A stretch of 54,621 nt of DNA from Octopus bimaculoides (Eukaryota), in contig NC_068983.1 in the NCBI RefSeq assembly GCF_001194135.2, positions 24,301,573-24,356,193 of the forward strand, given 5' to 3'. How positions within the stretch are numbered: position 1 is the stretch's first letter; every line of letters begins with the position of its first letter. The notes beneath the pieces were generated by a model. That model did not search any database. It saw only the letters and a list, made by a program, of their open reading frames with translations, and had not been told where the DNA came from. The translations under genes and the position numbers were made by a program. Shown here one piece after another: positions 39,780 through 52,550 of the stretch.

Positions 39780-40310
39780 TATTGACTGTGCCCCCACTCA
39801 TGTTCACCATTCACTGTATTCACCTCTGTCCATCTGTCACTTCCACACTCTGGCAGTCCTACCTACCCATTCACCCTGTCCAATCCTCTGGACCATTTCT
39901 CTAATCATTCACCTTCCTTGCAACTTGAGGGTGCATCCTAGCACTTCTGCACCTTCTTCTTTTCCCCTCGGGGATAACCATGTATCTCCTACTGCAAGAC
40001 ACTGGTTTCTTTCCCTTTATCATATTTTAGCCTCTCATTACCCGGCATAAAACTACCTCCTTCAATATTACACTCCTCAGTTGCAGAGTTTTGTTTTATG
40101 AGTTACCTGGTGACCTCACTTGAGATGTTGGCAGATAGAATATGCTCCGTATACTCTGTGGAGTGGTTGGCATTAGGAAGGGTATTTAGCTGTAGAAACC
40201 ATATCATAGCAGACATTGGGACTTGGTGCTTATTGGCTCCTGTCAAACTGTCCAACCTGTGCCAGTGTGGAAAATGGTTGTTAAATGCTGACAACGATGA
40301 TGATAAATCC
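39780..40310 (+). mobile_element. RTE LINE 3' UTR and tail
   Basis: Pyrimidine-rich UTR leading to gagtggttggcattaggaagggta...ttaaatgctgacaacgatgatgat, the same terminus as the other RTE ends. Confidence 0.6.
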
Positions 40311-40518
40311 ATCAGTCTACACAATTTCACTCACAAGGTCAAAACCTGCCTAAGATGCCAAGATGTAGGATTGAACCTCGGACATCATGCCTGCAAAGTA
40401 AACTTCTTAATCACTTGACCATGTTTGTGTCATACCCATGATTAAATGAAAAAGAAAAAGAAATGAATAGAAATTGAAAAAACAAAAATACCTGTTCTTG
40501 TTTCTGATACTACTATTA

Positions 40519-41610
40519 CTACTTTTTATTGGCTTCATTTCTCTCAAGCTTACACATGTCCTCGGCTGTCATAGCCCATGTTTCACTGCCATGTAGAATA
40601 ACTGTCTGCACACAGGCACCAAACAATCTGCCTTTCACTCTGAGAGAGAGAGGCCCTTTGTTGCAAGCAGGAGTAGGAGCTCTCTGAACTTTGCCCAGCA
40701 TAATCTTATTCTCACAGCTATGCTCTTGGAGCATCCACCTCCACTACTAACTTGGTCACCTAGATAACAGAAGCTATCTACTACCTCTAACTTGCCCTGC
40801 TGGCAGTTGATGGAGTCTATTTTCTGCATATTTTCAGTGTTTATTGTACCTGTGCACCCTCCACATATAAAAGTTAGTTTCCCTGTTAACCTTCCTCTGA
40901 TGTTGCTGCACCTTTTATGTGTCCAGAGCTTACACTGGGTACAACGTATGGAGTTTCTACCCACAGCTTTTCTACGGAGTGAACAGGGCCATCTACCTGA
41001 AGGGATTTGTCATTTGTCTGCTTTCCTACTTACTATGGATTTGGTTTTTGCTAGGTTAACTCCAAGGCCCTTTGATTCTAGACCTTGCTTCCATACCTGG
41101 AACTTCTTCTCTAGTTCAGGTAGTGATTCAGCTTCAAGAGCAAGGTCATCAGCATAGGGGAGTTCCCAGGGGCAACCTGTCTTGAATTCCTCTGTTATTG
41201 CCTGGAGGACTATGACGAGCAAGAGGGGGGCTGAGCTCTGGTCCTTGGTGAAACCCTACTTGTACCCTGAATTCTTCACACTACTTGTTGCCCACCCTCA
41301 TCTTACTAGTAGTGTCCCTGTACAAAGCTCGTACAGCTCTCACTAACCTCTCATCTATCCCTAGTTTCTGCATTGACCACCAGATAAAGGATCGGGGTAC
41401 TCTGTAAAAGCTTTCTCCACGTCAACAAAAGCCAAGCAAAGATTTATCTTTGGCTAGGTATTTTTGCTGCAGTTGCTTACCAGAAATATAGCACCAGTAG
41501 TGCTTCTACCTGGCACAAAACCAAACTGCATCTCATCTAGATTAGCTCTTTCCCTGATTAGTTGGGCAATGACTCTCTCTGCAACTTTCATCACCTGATC
41601 CAACAATTTG
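40519..41610 (-). mobile_element. RTE-clade LINE reverse transcriptase pseudogene
   Basis: EMQFGFVPGRSTT...HQGPELSPLL.VIVLQAITEEFKTGCPWELPYADDLAL...KGLGVNLAKTK...SFCYLGDQVSSGGG...VILHGSETWAMTAEDMCKLERNEA, with frameshifts. Confidence 0.92.
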
Positions 41611-43699
41611 ATACCTCTATAATTATATATACATATAACGTGTGTGTGTATTACTGTTTCTTTGTTTTGATATCACATGATAATTGTAAATGAATGCCAC
41701 CATCATGAGAGTGACACCCTTTGTTTACAATTCTGTCAGACAAAACATTTGTCAAGTTAGTAGACATGTTATGTGTACTGCCAGCTCAAGAGTTCAAATT
41801 CCTAGATCCTTCTTCAAAACTATAATGACTTGCTGCCCTCTTATTTCTAGCCAACACAGTTTGTCTAGCTTCCAGAAATTTTGAGTTCGGTGTATGGCTG
41901 TGTGGCTTAGAACTTTGCTTCTCAACCACATAGCTTTGGGTTCAATCCCACCACACTGCACCTTGAGCAACTGTCTTCTATGAACCTGGAGCAACCATTT
42001 TGTGAGGTAATTTGAAAGAAGGAAACTGAAAGAAGCCTATTGAGTGTGTGTATGTGAGTTTACAAATTTGCAGTGAGTTATGCAACTGATGGCATCACCA
42101 TTTGCAACTGAACAGCAAGTTGTGATTGTTAGCTTTGTGATTTTAAATTTCCCTAGCATTGAAATTCTCTCACTTGATAAACATGTAAAGGTTAGTCACT
42201 GGAAGAGCAACCAGCTGTAAAAATTCTTGCCTTAACTATCTCCCTGTCTAAAAGATGTTAAATGAATAAATGGATGAGTACATCTCTGTCCTATCCAAGA
42301 GTCCTCATTTGTTTAAGGTTGCAAAATACCCTTGTAAGGAAAAAATCCTCTCAACATTTAGAAGACACTGGAAGTTTTAAGATAACTGTTACCTCCATTA
42401 CCAACAAAGAATCTCTGTCTCTGTCTTTGGAAAGAGAGCAGACAGCATGAAGTGTGTATAATAAAATGTAATGCTGCAGTGCAGTGAGGTGTATGTTGTT
42501 GAGTGGAAGATATGTGAAAGCTAGAGTTTATGGATCTAATTGAATGTGTGGCGTTAACTTGCATAAGAATCTCTTCTCAAACAAACTGAGGATGTGACAT
42601 TAACTGATGAATCAGGAACAGTGGCTGCGCTGATATAGTCTTATAAGACAAATGAATGATACTTCTTGGTTGGCAAAGCGCTTGAGTGAATATTTGAAGG
42701 TAGTAAAGGAGGAAGTTGTTGAAATGCACTAGAGGAAATGGTTATGAAAAAATTTGGAAGCTGAAAGCTAAAATAGTGTGTGACAAAGAAATGTAACTGT
42801 GAGTTTCTACTGCAAACACATGAAAAATAATGAGTATTTTGTTTGATATCATTTTTACATGGTATTGGTACCAAATTTTTAATGGAAAATATATATAGTT
42901 CATGGATTGGCAGTTATTTGGAGACTGCACTATCTGCAATCATTTTAAACCCAATACAACAAAAAACACTGCATGGAGTGTACTTATCAACGATGATAGA
43001 TAATGATGTGAGTTAATGGAGGTTACAAGGTTTGGATTAACTGCTAATGGTTGGTCAGGGACCTAAGAAACATTGCTTTTGTTGCTTTTGTAATTCTCTA
43101 AAAAAAAAAAAGAATTATATCAGCATATTGTTATAACAAAAATTTAATTTCTCTGCTTTATTTAAGTAGGCATTAGTGTGCCATACTCAACCAACAGAAC
43201 CTTTGAAAATCCATTTTATTCTGTCCTCCCTTGTGAATTTAAAATTTTCCCAAAGTATATCAATAGGCAATCAATAAATACGATCATTTTATGTGTGTGT
43301 GTGTGTGTTTTAATTTAGTTTGAAATTACTTTTTTGCTCTCTATCCTTTACCTTTATAGTCCACTATATGTGCATGTGTGTTTCTTTTTACATTCCAATG
43401 TTGGTAGATGCTTGTCTTCAGGCTGGGTTTTGGTGTCGTTTATTATTTGTGCAACATCTTATTTATTATTTATTCAGTCCATGTCACATTATTTTCATGT
43501 TTTGATGCTTTCTTCTAAATAATGTCACTTTTTTTTTTTTTTTCATTTACTTTGTCAAGAAAGAAAATTAATCATGTCATCTTTGTTTATTTATCAATTC
43601 TCTATTTATTTTAAATAACCCAGTGATTTTCAGATAAATATTAAAAACAAAAAACAAAAAAAAAAAATTCATTATAGAAAAATGTGAGTTTAAGAGCAA

Positions 43700-43845
<146 letters not shown>

Positions 43846-44334
43846 CCTCCCATCAACTGTGACAACAACTATATTGAATTCTTTTGATTGTTTTCATTGT
43901 GTCTTAATCTTTCATAACCTTTGATACTGTTTCCTTTATTTATTTTCCTTTAATTTCAGCTGTCAATCCTTTGCTGCTAATAATCTGTCTTTCTTATCCT
44001 TCACTGACAGCAACTTCTGCAGAAGATGGCTAGATTTCTTGATATAATTTCTATTTCATTAATAAAAGTTTCCAGTCAAGAGATTACTTGAATCAACAGC
44101 AAATTTCATTTTTGCATTTTCAAACTGAAGGCATACACACGCAGACACACGAAACAATAAAAAGCAACTGTGACAAACAAACAAAATAAAAAGGCAAAAA
44201 TGTGTATCTTGTAACAAAAAAAAGCCCACTGAAATAAGCGTTTTTGAATGATAATGTTTCTTTTCATGATCATTATCCAGAGCTGCATCATTGCCATTGT
44301 CATTATCATCATCCTGATCATAATCATTCCTTTT

Positions 44335-44369
<35 letters not shown>

Positions 44370-44562
44370 CTTTGCCATCAGCATCATAATCATCATCATC
44401 CCCTTTATGATGATAAGGATGATGATCATCAACCTCAATATCATATCATTGTTTGATGCTGCTATCATTCTTGTTATGCTACCATTCTGATATGTTTTTC
44501 CCAACTTGTCTACATTAATATTTTTCTCCTTTTTCTAAAATTTTTTTTCTTTTCCTTTTCAG

Positions 44563-44603
44563 GAAGCTTTTTATTGGTCGTTTAAGCTGGGAGACTCGTT
44601 CAG
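44563..44603 (+). CDS. Internal 41-nt exon of an RRM RNA-binding protein (RNP2 strand; hnRNP A/B/D, DAZAP1/Hrb27C or Musashi class)
   Basis: A long polypyrimidine tract ends in ttttcag, followed by GAAGCTTTTTATTGGTCGTTTAAGCTGGGAGACTCGTTCAG and a gtattt donor. Read as G|AAG CTT...TCA|G it gives (x)KLFIGRLSWETRS(D/E), close to KLFVGGLSWETT and KMFIGGLSWQT. From memory, MSI1/2 and DAZAP1 have a 41-nt phase 2/phase 1 exon at this position. Flanking exons were not found in the window. Confidence 0.72.
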
Positions 44604-45574
44604 GTATTTAAACTTTATATTTTTATGTCAGTTTATTGTTGGCTTTTGTAAATAGCTACAATGTTAAAAAATAGAAGAAGAGTTATTTAAAAAGAAAATA
44701 AGAAGAAAGAAATGGTTTTTTGAAATGGTTATTTTTTTTTAGGTTTTTTTTTTGTTTTCCAAAAATTTTTATGCTGCCCTGAATCAAATACCACAATTTT
44801 TTTACCCCCTTCTTTTGATTAAACAACTTCCGAGAGAATTGAAAAACTCACATAGCCAAGCAATCAATAAATATTAAGTAAAAAAAAAAGAACCAAGAAA
44901 ATGAGAAAAACAAGAAAAAAAAAACAAAAAAAACAACACAAATTGGGTTTTTTATATAAAGAATTTTTAAAGCTGCAAGAAATCCATTTCTATTTAAATT
45001 CCTGCAGAAACTATATCAGATACAATGATGTCATTAATCAAAGTAACAGAGTGGCAGAAATTCTTGTAGAACACAAAGACAAGAATGGTGGACCTTAACT
45101 TGTTGATGCTGTATGGTGGAGTTGTAACTGGCAATAGACAAAATGTCATGTAGTAGTAGTATCTACCTGTCTGTATATATATCTATGTGTATGTCTTTGT
45201 GTCTGTGTTTGTCCTCCCATCACCACTTCACAACCAGTGTTGGTGTGTTTATGTCCCTGTAGCTTAGCAGTGCTCCAGCATGGCTGCAGTAAAATGATTG
45301 AAAGAGATAAAAGAATAAAAATATATGTATGTGTATATATATGTGTGTGTGTGTGGTTCAACTGTACAGAAAACAATAGACAAAGACAGGTGAGAGAAGT
45401 ACAAGTAAGTGTATTAGTCTGACATGTATGTGTGTGTGAGTTTGTTCTTGTGTTTGTTTCCTACCACTGCTTGGCAACTGGTGTTGGTTTGCTTACATCC
45501 CTATAACCTAACTGTTTAGGAAAAGACTCCGATAAAACCCTCCAATGACTAAAACAGGAAAAAGATAAAAGGTG

Positions 45575-45987
45575 CATGACTGTGCGGTAAGAAGCTTGCT
45601 TCCCAACCACATAGTTCTGGGTTCAGTCCCACTGCATGACGTCTTAGGCAAGGGTCTTCTATAGCTTTGGACCAACCAATGGCTTGTGAGTAGATTTGGT
45701 AGATGGAATCTGAAAGAAGCCTGTTGTACATATATATATATATGTATATATATCTATGTGTGTGTGTTTGTGTCTGTTTGTCCCTCCCCCACCGCTTGAC
45801 AATCAGTGTTGGTGTGTTTATGTTCTTGTAACTTAGCAGTTTGGCCAAAGAGATTGATAGACTAAGTATCAGGCTTAAAAAAAAGAAGAAAATCAGTACT
45901 TGAGTCGATTTATTCGACTAAAATTCTTTAAGGTAGTGCTCCAGCATGGCCACAGTCTAATGACTGAAACAAGTAAAAGATAAAAGA
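45575..45987 (+). mobile_element. tRNA-head SINE family 1
   Basis: Same head, body and tail as 32834-33234. Confidence 0.85.
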
Positions 45988-47378
45988 CATATCCATCCAT
46001 CTTTTTGCATTGTGTTCAAATCCTGCTAAAGATGACTTTGATTTTCAACTCCAGATTATTGTTGAAATAAACACCAATAATTTATTATATGAAGTTGCAT
46101 CCTTTCTTCATAAACTGTTTGGTTTTGTGCCAATGCTAGAAGACCTTGTTAACCAGTAACAAAGATATGTTTGCTGAATGGTTTAAATGATAGATGAATG
46201 ATTCTAGGTTATGGGTCCAAACGTTGTAACTAAATTTGAATGTTATCCCTGGACAAGGTATTTATTTATTTATTCCCCACCTCTTTAACTGGTCTATTTA
46301 GTTTAGCCAGTAAGTATCACTTTATGGTTGAGCTTTGAAATTAGATAGGTCATTCATCTATAAGAATTTTTCCTTCGGTAATTCATGAAACTAATGATAT
46401 CAAAATAGGTGTGAACTGTTATTACAAGAAAAGTATTGAGTTGGAACTGAGAAATGAATTGTTAGTTTTGCATTTATTAACTGTGATATAGATGTTAAAG
46501 ATTTATTTTACTTAAACCTTAGCTCATTTTTTTTTCATCCTTCCTCGTTTTTTATTCTCTTAGTTTCTTATCTTTTCTCACTTGATTGAAGATGAAAATG
46601 ATTTATGAGGGATTAAAGACAAAACTATAGGTCACTGAACTACTTTTCTTCTCTTGTTTTGTGTCTTTTCCAAATCTTCACTCCTTATTTTATTTTATTT
46701 TATTTTATTTTTCATGATGGAAGGATTTCTACTTTATTATACATTTGATTCTCTCTTTCTTTCTTCCGCTCTTCATGTATCATATCTACGGATGTCAAAG
46801 ATCATGGACCTCTGTGCCAAAGTCCGAAGATTTATAATTTTTCTAGGGAAAGATACAGTAGTACTGGCTTGTTTACAATTTACTCTTCTAGTCACCTGCT
46901 CTTAGTTGACTGCTTGAAATGCAGTGCCTTTTTAACTCTTAGTTGGTGGAACTGGTTCACATAATATCAGGGCATCTTCAAACACAAGTGGGTTTGTGTG
47001 ACACATGTCTAAGGGAAAGGCCAGCCCCACTTCTGAGTTTTGAATACCTTAGCCACAGGACAGACCATCTGCTATTTCCTCTATAACCAAAGCTCTTAAG
47101 GGGTACTGCTACCCTGGTCAAAAATAGACCTGGGATTATTGCTGACTTAGAGATAACTCTTTACTCTTCAATACTCTTGGAGTGAAGCTCCATCTAGGAA
47201 GGTTCACCGCAGAATGCAGATTAATGTTTCACCTGGGACAAAAGTTTTGCATTTCATCTTTTCAGGAGTGATGAAATATGTACCAATTGTGCTCTGGGGG
47301 TCAATGTAATTGATTTACCTCCTCCACCAACATTTCAGGCCTTGTGTCTGTAGTAGAAAGAATAATAATAATAATAAT

Positions 47379-47578
47379 CATCATCATCATCATCATCGTT
47401 TAACGTCCGCTTTCCATGCTAGCATGGGTTGGACGATTTGACTGAGGACTGGTGAAACCGGATGGCAACACCAGGCTCCAGTCTAATTTGGCAGAGTTTC
47501 TACAGCTGGATGCCCTTCCTAACGCCAACCACTCAGAGAGTGTAGTGGGTGCTTTTACGTGTCATCCGCACGAAAACG
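47379..47578 (-). mobile_element. RTE 3' end with (GAT)n tail, low divergence
   Basis: catcatcgtttaacgtccgctttccatgctagcatgggttggacg... retains CpGs and matches 52551-52760. Confidence 0.8.
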
Positions 47579-47613
<35 letters not shown>

Positions 47614-47900
47614 TTGATAATACTTAGCCCCCGCTCCCTGCAAAAATTTTCCAGACTTTGTGCTTATAGTAAAAAGAAAGATTATTATTACTGAGTGAGA
47701 GAATAATGCATGCTGTCAAAGTGACACGGGTACAAATATACGGAGCCCAATGTACCCGTTGTGTACCTGAGGTCAATCTAATCAACTGGCTTCCACCTAA
47801 AAAAAAACATTTCGGGCCTTGTGCCTAGAGTAGAAAAAGAATAAAATAAGTACCAGTGAAACACTGGGGTGTTGTGATCGACTAGTCCCCTCACCCACAT

Positions 47901-48142
47901 TTCAGTAGCCTTATTTTTCAGTAGTCTTATTTTTCAGTTGTCTTATTTTTCAGTAGTCTTATTTTTATCACGTGCTTTCACTGCATTTCTGAGCGCAGCT
48001 CTGTGTGCCTTAGGTATGTGCTATAGTTTGTTGTGATGCTCTTATTTTTACTGTATTGAAAGTGTTTTATGTAGGATGTGTGCGGTGCCCAGTAGTGCTA
48101 TTTTCTGTATGCTATATATACTTGTTAGCCCTGGTGTTTTAT
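47901..48142 (-). mobile_element. Second Dong/R4-type 3' end
   Basis: The minus strand gives KTPGLTSIYSIQKIALLGTAHILHKTLSIQ* plus the same 3' UTR as 30127-30515. The terminal 16-mer aaaataagactactga is repeated about 4 times, and the 5' junction is in a TAA repeat. Confidence 0.85.
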
Positions 48143-48803
48143 CATTATTATTATTATTACTATTTGGTATGAGTTCCTTTGTGAATAACTAAACAATCAA
48201 TTGGTTTCTAAGATTTGTTTTTCTAAAGAAGAACCTTTCATCAAATGCTATGATTCTCTTCTCCTTGAGGCAAACCAAATTATTCTATTTTGTGAACTTT
48301 ATTGATCTGCTTTCTCATCGATATTTTTTGAGGGTCTAGTCTGTTATTGTGCTAATTTCTTAAGTAGATGCAGGATATATTTCAGTTCTTCATTCCATAA
48401 AACAAGTATACTCCCAGATGCATACATTATTGACAGGAAAGGTTTTGAAAAATAAGCAGCAATTATAATATGCTGAAATGAATAATTATTGCTTATTTCT
48501 GATCAAGCAGATAAATCAATAGGTCTTCTAGTACTAACAACTTTATGTTTTTTGATATCGAGGTCTACATTGTCCAGTGTATTCTTTTTGATTTTAAGAT
48601 GTTAAGGAGATAGTTTGAGGAAGATTTGGTTGCTATTTCTAGCAGATCAAGTGTAGATACTCTATCCCTAGTTCTCAGATCATGAAATGTATAGCTGAGT
48701 CAGAATGATTGCTCCTCTTGATTGTAAACTGAAAAGTGTTAACTCTAGCGAATAAGTTGATTTCAATAGATAAATAAATTTATTATTTTGTATTAATTTG
48801 GTT

Positions 48804-48853
<50 letters not shown>

Positions 48854-49000
48854 AATGGGAAATCTCATGACCAGTAGTAATATATTTTATTTTGTTTTGT
48901 ATTGTAGACCTTGTTTTTTGCCCTACTTTTGTTCTGATACTATGAAAGTAGTATTGTAGCATTAACAACAATCATATATATGTGTGTATATGTATATGTA

Positions 49001-49505
49001 TCAATCAATGCCTCTCCAACCACAGATCCTTCTTCAGGATACTGAAAAGGGGATTTGTCATGTCATTAGCCAGCCATGTATGGCAACTAATAGACGATGG
49101 GATTCTAGATACTATATCATGGAGAACCCTAGAGAATCCAGGCCCCTACATTAATGGCACCAACCACTGTAAATTATGCATAGCAGAATGGGTGAAGATC
49201 TTAAAGAACTCTCTTGACCCAGGAAACATCCTGAACTGGAGATTTTCAGATTGCGCTTGCATTTCAGGGAATTCCTGCTAGCCTATTAGAACCCACTGGC
49301 GATTGATAGCCAAAGGGACACAAACCCCTTTGTTGACATCAGCGATTAATAGCCAAGGGGAGATAGTCCTGTTTGTTGAGATTGAGTAACGAGCTCATTT
49401 CCTCCTCCATATTCTAGATAGGTCACTCATTAGAGAGGTCTTTAGCCAACAGATTTTGGGGTCTGATGATACGCCATAAAGCCAGGCTCTTTATGGATGT
49501 GAAAC
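49001..49505 (+). mobile_element. Penelope-like element, second type: GIY-YIG C-terminus with CxLC motif plus 3' UTR
   Basis: NHRSFF...SLASHVWQLIDDG...ISWRTLE..GPYINGTNHCKLCIAEWVKIL...LN fits the PLE EN pattern NH..SF...LS.HVW.L.....I.W.IL....Y......C.LC..E...I...LN. Confidence 0.75.
49455..49505 (+). ncRNA. Hammerhead ribozyme core at the 3' end of the PLE fragment (truncated after GAAAC)
   Basis: CTGATGA-T-ACGCCATAAAG-ccaggct-CTTTATGG(A)TGT-GAAAC: canonical core and 11-bp stem II with one bulge, fused directly to a SINE body. Confidence 0.6.
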
Positions 49506-50165
49506 CTTGTGAGTGGATTTGGCAGATGGAAACTGAAAGAAGCCTTTTGTATATATATGTATATATCTTTGTTCTATGTGTGTGTGTCTTTGTGTTTGCC
49601 CCCCCCCCCCATCACTACTTGACAACTGAAGTTGGTATGTTTACGTCGTCGTAACTTAGCAGTTTGGCACAAGAGACCGAGAGAATAAGTACTAGGCTTA
49701 GAAAAAGAAGTCCTTGGGATGACTTGTTTGACTAAAATCTTTTAAGGCAATGCTCCAGCATGGCTGTAGTCAAATGACTGAAACAAGCAAAAGAATAAAA
49801 GTATAAATATATATATATATGTGCGTGTGTGACTGTTGAATGTCTAGTGTAAAACATGATTAATTTGGATTGACTCTCTAATAGTTATCAAGATCTTTTA
49901 TAATACCGTAACATTATAGAACAAAATCCATGACTTAAATTATTGATATCATGTTATTATGGAGATTAATACTTCTAGAAGCTGGTAAATCTAATTGTTT
50001 ATATAAATATTTATTTGTATTTATGCGCGTATGCATGGCTGCATGGTTAAGAATCTTACTTCACAACGATGTGGTTTTGAGTTCAGTCCTACTGTGTGAC
50101 ATCTACTATAGCCCAGGACTGACCAATGTTTTGTGAGTGACTTTGGTGGACAGAAACTGTTCTAA

Positions 50166-50399
50166 AGGCGGCGAGCTGGCAGAAACATTAGCATGCCGGG
50201 CGAAATGCTTCGGGGTATTTCGTCTGCCACTACGTTCTGAGTTCAAATTCCGCCGAGGTTGACTTTGCCTTTCATCCTTTCGGGATCGATTAAATAAGTA
50301 CCAGTTACACACTGGGGATCAATATAATCGACTTAATCCGTTTGTCTGTCCTTGTTTGTCCCCCTTTGTGTGTAGCCCCTTGTGGGCAGTAAAGAAATA
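50166..50399 (+). mobile_element. SINE family 2, nested in a family 1 SINE, with 11-bp TSD
   Basis: CpG-rich copy; agaaactgttc at 50152-50162 and 50400-50410. Confidence 0.85.
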
Positions 50400-50777
50400 A
50401 GAAACTGTTCGGAGTCTCATAAGGTACGTTTGTTTGATGAATTGACAAAATATTCAGTTGGATATAGCCAAATCAAGTGGTTATTAATATATGTAACTCC
50501 TTGGGTGACAAGCTGGTAGAATCGTTTGCACAATGGGAAAAGTGCTTAGTGGCATTTCATCTCCCTTTACATTCTGAGTTCAGATTCCACCCAGGTCAAA
50601 TTTGGTTTCATCCTTTCAGGTTTGATAAAATAAGTATCAGCTGACTAATGGAGTTGATGTATTCAATTTACTCCTTCCTCTGAAATTGCTGGCCTTGTAC
50701 CAGAATTTGAAACCAATATATGTAACTCCTGCCAAATCTGTTAAGTTCCACTTTCTTTCATTTGTCCACTCACTCAT

Positions 50778-50813
<36 letters not shown>

Positions 50814-51102
50814 TCACATATGTGTTAGATCATAGTAACTTAATCCTTTAACATTTAAACCGGCCATATCTGACCAAAATATTCTGTTTTATCTTTGAAC
50901 TGGTCATTTTAAAAATAAACAATCACATTATCAAAATCTCAGGGCTTTGGGATAATGCATGATTAATGCAAAACGACGTGAATACTTAAGCATTGCATTT
51001 GACAGAGCAATCAATTAAGTGTTCACTCATTATCCATTTTGGTGAAGCATCCATATGCACTTGGAGTGTCCGAATGTAGGGTTCCAAGCAACCATAATGT
51101 TG

Positions 51103-51136
<34 letters not shown>

Positions 51137-51995
51137 CTAACATCCGTTGTCCGTGCTGGCATGGGTTGGATGGTGTGACCAGAGCTGGCCAGCTCGGTTG
51201 GGGGTGGGGTGGGGTGGTATTTTGCACGTAACTCTAGTCTGATTTGGCATGGTTTCTACAGCTGAATGCCCTTCCTAACACCAGCCACTTTACAGTGTGC
51301 TGGGTGCTTTTATGTGGCACTGCACGGGCACTTTTATGTGACACCACCATGAGTGCTTCACATCATCAGAAGGGTCGGTCTTAACACTTCTGCTGTGGGG
51401 TACGGGTCTTCTTGGTACACACATACATACATACATACAGACACACATGCACACACGCACACACACACACGCACACACACACACACATACACACGTATAT
51501 ATACATACACACTTCATTTCCATATTTTGTTTGCAAGATTGTTCTTGATGTGAATTTGTGTGTTAAAACAAATCTTGTATCTTAGAAAGGTCATTATGCA
51601 AATAATGATAACAAACACACAGACTGCTTCAATATCACTTCTTTATCGTTAACCAATTAATTAGATATCTAACCAACTAACTAATCAATCACTTGTTTAA
51701 TGTGTTGGTTAAACAATCAATTGGTTGTTTGTTTTTCAAAGTCCTTTCATCGCATTTCATGACCTCATCATTGACATGCCCTCTCTCTTGCAAGGCAGAC
51801 ATGTTAGTAAACCAGTGCATGTGTTTATTATTGATGTAATGATGCTCCCAGGACAGAAGACATATTAAATCAAGATAGTTATGGCTGGTCTATGGGGTTA
51901 CTCAGAGTTTCACATCTATAAAGTACTTAGCATTACAGCGTCTATTCATACCCTAGTGCTTCTCTTTTGGATTTATGATTCTGTATGTGTGATTT

Positions 51996-52028
<33 letters not shown>

Positions 52029-52260
52029 TATAGATAGATAGATAGAATATAAAGAAAGTTAGGAGTTATGAGATGAATATATTTATTTCACCAGTTGATA
52101 TCCATACTATGACAATCATTTTGCAGCCAACATCATGCAAAATTAATTTATCTTAGTGCATAATAAATTATTTTCCAAGTCTACACTATGTGGTTTGTAG
52201 CCTGGTCCACTAAAGGAGCTTTTTCATGATTACTATTGGATTATATTATTCCATATATTT

Positions 52261-52291
<31 letters not shown>

Positions 52292-52495
52292 CTGTGAGGT
52301 ATTGGTATCCAGAAGAACCAAAATGCAGGTAAGTCTATGTAAGTGCTATGAAAAGACCACTGTTAGACTCCCAGTTTGATAATAGTACGGGTGAGGAGTC
52401 TAATGCAGCTCATGTGTGAGTGTGTATATGTTAAATAAAATGAGACAACAAAGCCAAGGCTGTGTGAAATTTCTAGGACATTTATAAAGAGAAAG

Positions 52496-52550
52496 GCAGT
52501 TTTACAGCTGTTTCAGGGATATAAAGGATATCCCATCATCAGAGACAATA
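52496..52550 (-). ncRNA. Hammerhead ribozyme-like motif (type I, minimal)
   Basis: Minus strand: tgtct-CTGATGA-T-GGGATAT-ccttt-ATATCCC-T-GAA-ACAGCTGT-A-aaac. Perfect core, 7-bp stem II and palindromic stem III; stem I is weak. Confidence 0.65.

Noticed and set aside
42604-42640. CTGATGA-ATCAG...CTGAT as a hammerhead
   Set aside because: No GAAA after the stem and no stem III or stem I.
46770-47230. Possible RTE 5' UTR / APE start on the minus strand
   Set aside because: Only a faint NLRTL/GT resemblance to GTWNVRTL; too weak to call without alignment.
52300-52334. Strong donor CAG|gtaagt
   Set aside because: No good acceptor, the peptide does not continue an RRM, and it lies inside the hammerhead-bearing repeat.
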